NCBI GenBank assembly: GCA_050013155.1
Contig: JBEKFU010000027.1
Coordinates: forward strand, 10,318 to 34,317
Length of the DNA: 24,000 nucleotides
DNA from: Thermacetogeniaceae bacterium
Lineage (GTDB): Bacteria; Bacillota; DSM-12270; Thermacetogeniales; Thermacetogeniaceae
Reading direction: 5' to 3'
In this document: positions 19,410 to 24,000 of the stretch, one piece after another
Layout of the letters: each line of letters opens with the position of its first letter
Numbering within the stretch: the stretch's first letter is position 1
Notes under the pieces: model-generated
Databases searched by the model: none
What the model was told of the DNA's origin: nothing
The model's input: the letters and a program-made list of their open reading frames with translations, nothing else
Translations under genes and position numbers: made by a program

Positions 19410-20912
19410 TTGAAAGTACTGCTGGTGTATCCAAGGTATCCGGACAGCTTCTGGAGCTTCAAATACGCCCTGCCTTTCATCAACAAAAAGGCTGCGAACC
19501 CGCCGCTGGGGCTGTTGACGGTGGCCGCCATGCTGCCCGCAGCCTGGGACAAGCGGCTGATCGACATGAATACCAAGAAAATTACTGACGACGACCTTCG
19601 CTGGGCCGATTACGTGTTCATCAGCGCCATGAACATCCAAAAAGCCTCGGTCAAGGAGATCCTGAGCCGCTGCCAGGCCCTCGGCGTGAAGACCGTGGCC
19701 GGAGGGCCGCTATTCACCATGGAGCCGGAGGAGTTTCCAGAGGCCGACCACCTGGTGCTGGGAGAGGCGGAGGCCACCCTGCCGCCCTTCCTCAAGGATC
19801 TGGAACAGGGCACGGCAAGACACATCTACAACACCAGCGAGCGGCCGGCCATGAACAACACGCCGGTGCCCGCCTGGGAGTTGATCAACAGCAAGGACTA
19901 TGCCTGCATGGGCATCCAGTACTCCCGGGGCTGCCCCTACGATTGCGAGTTCTGCGACATCACCTCCCTCTATGGACGCGTGCCGCGCCTGAAGGACACC
20001 CACCAGTTCATAAGGGAACTCCAGACCATCTACGACACCGGCTGGAGGGGCTCGGTCTTCGTGGTGGACGACAACTTCATCGGCAACAAGAACCGGTTGA
20101 AGAAAGAGGTCCTGCCGGCCATGATCGCTTGGATGGAGTTGCACCGCTATCCATTCACCTTCACCACCGAGGCCTCCATCAACCTTGCGGATGACAATAC
20201 CCTGCTAGAACTGATGCGGCAGGCGGGATTCAATCACGTCTTCATCGGCATCGAGACCCCCAGCGAGGAGAGCCTCAAGGAGTGCAACAAGTTCAACAAC
20301 GTCAACCGCAACCTGATCGCCACGGTGAAAAAGATCCAGAATTACGGGATGGAGGTCAGCGCCGGCTTCATCGTCGGCTTTGACAGCGACACCCCATCGA
20401 TCTTCGAGCGGCAGATCAGCTTCATTCAGCAGAGCGGCATCATCACCGCCATGGTGGGGCTGCTGAGCGCCCCCAGGGGAACACGGCTGTTCGAGCGCCT
20501 GAAAGCGGAGAAGCGGCTGTTGTCCGAGTGCACCGGCAACAACACTGACTTTTCCTTGAACTTCATCCCCAAAATGAACCCCCAGAGGCTGGTGGAGGGC
20601 TACCAGAGCATCGTCACCACCATCTACGACCCGGCCGCCTTCTACGAGCGGGTGTACAAATTTTTCAAGGAATTCAAGCCACTCAAACGGAAGCGCGCCC
20701 AGCGCTTCCGGCTGGTCTACATCAAAGGCCTGCTGCAGGCGATGTTCTACCTGGGCGTGCTACAGAAGGGCCGGCGCCACTACTGGAAACTGCTGTTCAA
20801 GACCACCTTCCGCTACCCGCGCTTCCTGCCGGAAGCGGTGATCTTCTCCGTCTACGGTTTCCACTTCCGGAAAATCTTCGGGCAGATGCCCCGCCTGGAG
20901 GGTGAGAGCTAG
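19410..20912 (+). CDS. B12-binding-domain radical SAM protein with a DUF4070-type C-terminus (HpnR/BchE-like class B rSAM; substrate unknown)
   Basis: N-terminal KVLLVYPRYPDSFWS...PPLGLLTVAAML fits a cobalamin-binding Rossmann-like domain. QYSRGCPYDCEFCDI is the CxxxCxxC motif. A long helical C-terminal extension follows. TTG start has AGGAG 8 nt upstream. Confidence 0.85.
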   Translation: MKVLLVYPRYPDSFWSFKYALPFINKKAANPPLGLLTVAAMLPAAWDKRLIDMNTKKITDDDLRWADYVFISAMNIQKASVKEILSRCQALGVKTVAGGPLFTMEPEEFPEADHLVLGEAEATLPPFLKDLEQGTARHIYNTSERPAMNNTPVPAWELINSKDYACMGIQYSRGCPYDCEFCDITSLYGRVPRLKDTHQFIRELQTIYDTGWRGSVFVVDDNFIGNKNRLKKEVLPAMIAWMELHRYPFTFTTEASINLADDNTLLELMRQAGFNHVFIGIETPSEESLKECNKFNNVNRNLIATVKKIQNYGMEVSAGFIVGFDSDTPSIFERQISFIQQSGIITAMVGLLSAPRGTRLFERLKAEKRLLSECTGNNTDFSLNFIPKMNPQRLVEGYQSIVTTIYDPAAFYERVYKFFKEFKPLKRKRAQRFRLVYIKGLLQAMFYLGVLQKGRRHYWKLLFKTTFRYPRFLPEAVIFSVYGFHFRKIFGQMPRLEGES

Positions 20913-21181
20913 ACGGGAAGACCGGTACTCATTACTGCCGCGCCCAGAGGCGCCCTGCACCCCTGATGTTCACCGCGCCGGGGCGTCGGACCATCCATGA
21001 TGTTCTCCACGCTGACCATTAAGGTGACACTTTCGCTCACGAGTAAAACGCCGCATATGCCTCTTATTAATGGATGCCGAAAACAGGTAATCAGATCCCA
21101 TCTGCTGATTTAACATAACACCGAAGAAGTCTCCCGCTTCTACAAGCGGGAGATGAATTCGGCAGCTTAGCTTGTATTCTA

Positions 21182-21211
21182 ATTCAGTGGGGGTGCAGAC
21201 CCCCACTGAAT
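21182..21211. repeat. Hairpin ATTCAGTGGGGG-TGCAGA-CCCCCACTGAAT, which shares its core with the 1101-1131 hairpin
   Basis: 12-bp perfect stem. The core TTCAGTGGGG..CCCCACTGAA is also present at 1101-1131. Confidence 0.6.
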
Positions 21212-21254
21212 CCCCGAGCGAAGCGAGTGGGCTATTGACAAGACGCCTAACATA

Positions 21255-21289
21255 TTGCATTTTATATTTAGGTTTGATATTATTTGACT
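21255..21289 (+). promoter_or_regulatory. Sigma-A promoter TTGCAT - 17 nt - TATTAT, overlapped by a CtsR-like heptad direct repeat
   Basis: -35 at 21255-21260 and -10 at 21278-21283. The minus strand of 21273-21289 reads AGTCAAA-TAA-TATCAAA, against the CtsR consensus RGTCAAA-NAN-RGTCAAA (12/14). Confidence 0.4.
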
Positions 21290-21388
21290 AATAGCGGTAT
21301 CACTGATTTTCAGCCCGACCGGGGCACCCTCCGGGTCGGATACCCCGACCAAGTCACTCTGGTTCTCCGCAGGCTCGAGGCTGGCGCC

Positions 21389-21469
21389 CTCCGCATCCGG
21401 GCTACGCCCGGCCTGAATGCCGGCTCAAGGCTGGCGCCTCGGCTGAAAGCCCGCCTGCGCACCGGGAAT
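21389..21469. repeat. GC-rich structured repeat (family A) within the putative dnaK leader
   Basis: About 90% identical to 12179-12258, starting CTCCGCATCCGGGCT[AG]CGCCCGGCCTGAA. Confidence 0.8.
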
Positions 21470-21578
21470 CCACCCCGGTTCGGAGGCAGAAGTGTCGCAG
21501 GCGCTGGCGCACAACATCGGCCTAACTTGCTGAAAATACTTCTTGATAAACTTCTATATAAATAAGGAGGTTTTCAAA

Positions 21579-23513
21579 ATGGCAAAATCAGTAGGAATCG
21601 ACCTGGGAACCACCAACTCGGTCGTAGCAGTAATGGAGGGCGGCAAGCCCGAGGTGATCCTGAACGCCGAAGGGTCGCGCCTGACCCCCTCGGTGGTGGC
21701 TTTCAAGGAGTCCGGGGAGCGCCTGGTCGGCCAGATCGCCAAGCGGCAGGCAGCCCTAAACCCCGAGAACACCCTGTTTTCGGTGAAGCGCTTCATCGGG
21801 CGCCGCTTTGCGGAGGTGGCCGAAGAGCGCAAACTCGTCCCCTACCAGGTGGCGGCGGGGCCGAGCGACGCCGTGCGCTTCGAGGTGCGCGGCACCAAGT
21901 ACGCCCCGGAGGAGATCTCGGCGCAGATCTTGAAGAAGCTGGTGGAGGACGCATCCAAGTACTTGGGCGAGAAGGTGCCGGATGCGGTGATCACGGTGCC
22001 GGCCTACTTCAACGATGCCCAGCGCCAGGCCACCAAGGACGCCGGCAAGATCGCCGGCCTGAACGTGCTGCGGATCATCAACGAGCCGACGGCGGCCGCC
22101 CTGGCCTACGGTTTGGACAAGAAGGCCAACGAGACCATCCTGGTGTTCGACCTGGGTGGCGGCACCTTCGACGTTTCGATCCTGGATGTGGGCGACGGCG
22201 TGTTCGAGGTCAAGGCCACCAACGGCGACACCCACCTGGGCGGTGACAACTTCGACAAGGAGATCGTCGACTGGATGGCCGGTGAGTTCAAGAAGGACTA
22301 CGGGATCGACCTGCGCACCGACAAGCAGGCGCTGCAGCGGCTGATCGAGGCGGCCGAGAAGGCGAAGATCGAACTCTCCGCCACGGTGGAGACCCAGATC
22401 AGCCTGCCCTTCATCACTGCGGACGCCACCGGGCCGAAGCACCTGGACATGAAGCTGACCCGGGCAAAGTTCGACGACCTGACCGCTCACCTGGTGGAAC
22501 GCTGCCGGGGACCGGTCAAGGCCGCCCTGGCAGACGCCAAGCTGACCGAGAAGGAGATCGACGAGGTGATCCTGGTGGGTGGCTCGACCCGCACGCCTGC
22601 GGTTCAGAAACTGGTGCGGGAACTGCTGGGCAAGGAGCCGCACATGGGCGTCAATCCGGACGAGGTGGTGGCCATCGGGGCGGCCATCCAGGCCGGCGTG
22701 CTGGCCGGCGAGGTCAAGGACGTGGTGCTGCTGGACGTCACTCCCCTGTCCCTGGGCGTCGAGACCCTGGGCGGTGTGATGACCAGGATCGTCGAGCGCA
22801 ACACCACCATCCCGGTACGGCGCAGCCAGGTTTTCTCGACTGCCGAAGACAACCAGCCCGCAGTGGACATCAACGTACTGCAGGGCGAGCGGGAGATGGC
22901 CCGGGACAACCGGTCGCTGGGGCAGTTCAAACTGGACGGCATTCCGCCGGCGCCGCGGGGCATCCCCCAGGTGGAGGTGACCTTCGACATCGACGCCAAC
23001 GGCATCCTGAAAGTGAGCGCCCGGGACAAGGCGTCGGGCAAGGAGCAGACGGTCACCATCAGCGGCTCCAGCAACCTGGACAAGGGCGAGATCGACCGGA
23101 TGGTGAATGATGCTCAGGCCAACGCCGAGGAAGACAAGAAGCGGCGGCAGGAGATCGAGGCCCGCAACGAGGCGGACAGCCTGGTCTACCAGGTGGAGCG
23201 CCAGCTCAAGGACCTGGGCGACCAGGTGCCGGTGCACGAGAAGGCCCGGGTGGAGCAGTTGGCATCAGACTTGAAGGCAGCCCTGAAGGAGAACGCCCCG
23301 GTCGACAAGATCCGGTCATTGAAGGATGACCTGCAGCAGGCGGCCTACTCCCTGTCGGAAGCCGCCTACAAGAAGGCCCAGGCGGCAGGAGGGGCCGCGG
23401 GCGGACAGCCCGGCGGGGTAGGAGAAAGCTATGGCAGCACACCCGGCAGCGCCGCACCAGGGTCGCACCAGGGTGGGCCCGACGTGGTGGACGCCGAATA
23501 CGAAGTAAAGTAA
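21579..23513 (+). CDS. dnaK: Hsp70 chaperone DnaK
   Basis: [42 protein letters not shown] and the C-terminal ..[12 protein letters not shown] 21579 has AGGAGG 8 nt upstream; the track start 21543 is 12 codons too early. Confidence 0.97.
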   Translation: MAKSVGIDLGTTNSVVAVMEGGKPEVILNAEGSRLTPSVVAFKESGERLVGQIAKRQAALNPENTLFSVKRFIGRRFAEVAEERKLVPYQVAAGPSDAVRFEVRGTKYAPEEISAQILKKLVEDASKYLGEKVPDAVITVPAYFNDAQRQATKDAGKIAGLNVLRIINEPTAAALAYGLDKKANETILVFDLGGGTFDVSILDVGDGVFEVKATNGDTHLGGDNFDKEIVDWMAGEFKKDYGIDLRTDKQALQRLIEAAEKAKIELSATVETQISLPFITADATGPKHLDMKLTRAKFDDLTAHLVERCRGPVKAALADAKLTEKEIDEVILVGGSTRTPAVQKLVRELLGKEPHMGVNPDEVVAIGAAIQAGVLAGEVKDVVLLDVTPLSLGVETLGGVMTRIVERNTTIPVRRSQVFSTAEDNQPAVDINVLQGEREMARDNRSLGQFKLDGIPPAPRGIPQVEVTFDIDANGILKVSARDKASGKEQTVTISGSSNLDKGEIDRMVNDAQANAEEDKKRRQEIEARNEADSLVYQVERQLKDLGDQVPVHEKARVEQLASDLKAALKENAPVDKIRSLKDDLQQAAYSLSEAAYKKAQAAGGAAGGQPGGVGESYGSTPGSAAPGSHQGGPDVVDAEYEVK

Positions 23514-23547
23514 TTGTAACACTGGGAAATTGGGGGTTTCAGGGTAG

Positions 23548-24000
23548 ATGGCGATAGCTTTTCAGGATTACTACGAGATCTTAGGCATCAAGCGGGAGGC
23601 CACGGAAAAGGAGATCAAGAGCGCCTACCGGAAGCTGGCCCGCAAGTGGCATCCCGACCTGCATACGGGCAAGCAGAAGGCCGAGGCCGAGGAGAAGTTC
23701 AAGAAGATCAACGAGGCCTACGAGGTGCTGAGCGACCCGGAGAAGCGGTCGAAGTACGACCGCCTGGGCAGCAACTGGCGCAATGGCCAGGACTTTCAGC
23801 CACCGCCCGACTGGGGTGACAACGTGCGCTTCTACAACAGCGCAGACTTCCCTGGTGGGGCGGATGGATTCCAGGGCGCAGGGGGCTTCAGCGACTTCTT
23901 CGAGACCCTGTTCGGCGGCGGCGCCTTCGGGCGCGCCACCGCCGGAGCCGCCGCCGCCGGGGCGCGGCGCAGAACCCGCGGACCGCAGCGCGGCCAGGAC
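23548..24000 (+). CDS. J-domain co-chaperone (DnaJ/CbpA class), partial; it runs off the right edge
   Basis: [55 protein letters not shown] (HPD motif), then a G/F-rich region. Open to the window end, so not in the ORF track. Presence of a zinc-finger domain cannot be judged. Confidence 0.9.
   Translation, partial: MAIAFQDYYEILGIKREATEKEIKSAYRKLARKWHPDLHTGKQKAEAEEKFKKINEAYEVLSDPEKRSKYDRLGSNWRNGQDFQPPPDWGDNVRFYNSADFPGGADGFQGAGGFSDFFETLFGGGAFGRATAGAAAAGARRRTRGPQRGQD

Noticed and set aside
20970-21260. 96-aa minus-strand ORF as a transposase or HNH remnant (..INKRHMRRFTRERKCHLNGQRGEHHG..)
   Set aside because: I cannot align it to any family from memory. I could not find an RBS, and it spans two hairpin repeats. 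It is kept only as a note in the gap finding.
21480-21578. CIRCE/HrcA operator upstream of dnaK
   Set aside because: No match to TTAGCACTC-N9-GAGTGCTAA in the 670 nt upstream. The only TTAGCACT in the window (about 16106) lies inside agrB and lacks the inverted partner.
21756-23237. 493-aa ORF antisense to dnaK. Similar long antisense ORFs lie at 2781-3539, 8288-8956, 10288-11163, 12094-12984, 13028-13675, 13800-14705, 16883-17524, 18006-18593 and 18044-18706.
   Set aside because: These are shadow ORFs typical of GC-rich DNA. Their translations are R/G/P/A/H-rich and low in complexity, and they lack RBSs. In most cases the opposite strand encodes a protein with clear family motifs (DnaK, fumarase, MurI, GerM, Usp, amidohydrolase, GGDEF/HD-GYP). 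The 18006-18706 pair instead overlaps a non-coding repeat.

Overview
The window looks like a chromosomal segment from an endospore-forming Firmicute of Clostridia type. Genes are GC-rich, with short AT-rich intergenic islands. AGGAGG ribosome-binding sites, frequent GTG/TTG starts, gerM and a two-subunit class I fumarase support this placement (inference). I recognised no rRNA, tRNA, CRISPR array or transposase.

- **1-8.3 kb:** a block of compositionally odd proteins that I cannot place in named families. It holds an edge CDS with a CBM-like N-terminus, an acidic CxxC plus proline-repeat protein, and a protein with 3 x 69-bp tandem repeats. It also holds two very Cys-rich T/P/V-rich proteins without signal peptides, which flank a TPR protein and a tandem GT2-TPR-GT2-TPR glycosyltransferase. 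I read this block as a candidate spore-surface (coat/exosporium) glycosylation and structural module.
- **8.3-15 kb:** housekeeping genes. These are class I fumarase beta and alpha, murI, a satP-family acetate channel, gerM, a DUF503 protein, a universal stress protein and an Amidohydro_2 hydrolase.
- **15.3-18.4 kb (most interesting):** an agr-type peptide quorum-sensing locus made of a membrane protein, agrB and a 43-aa agrD that the ORF track missed. No AgrC/AgrA follows. The next gene is a 6-TM protein with a degenerate GGDEF domain and an intact HD-GYP domain, which suggests autoinducing peptide to c-di-GMP signalling.
- **18.4-24 kb:** a MITE-like palindromic element, a small membrane protein, an orphan B12-binding radical SAM enzyme (DUF4070 type), dnaK and a J-domain co-chaperone.
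- **Repeats throughout:** two families of GC-rich hairpin repeats are scattered across the window. Copies are inserted in frame in murI, the glycosyltransferase and the tandem-repeat protein.

The long ORFs antisense to recognisable genes are GC-driven shadow ORFs.
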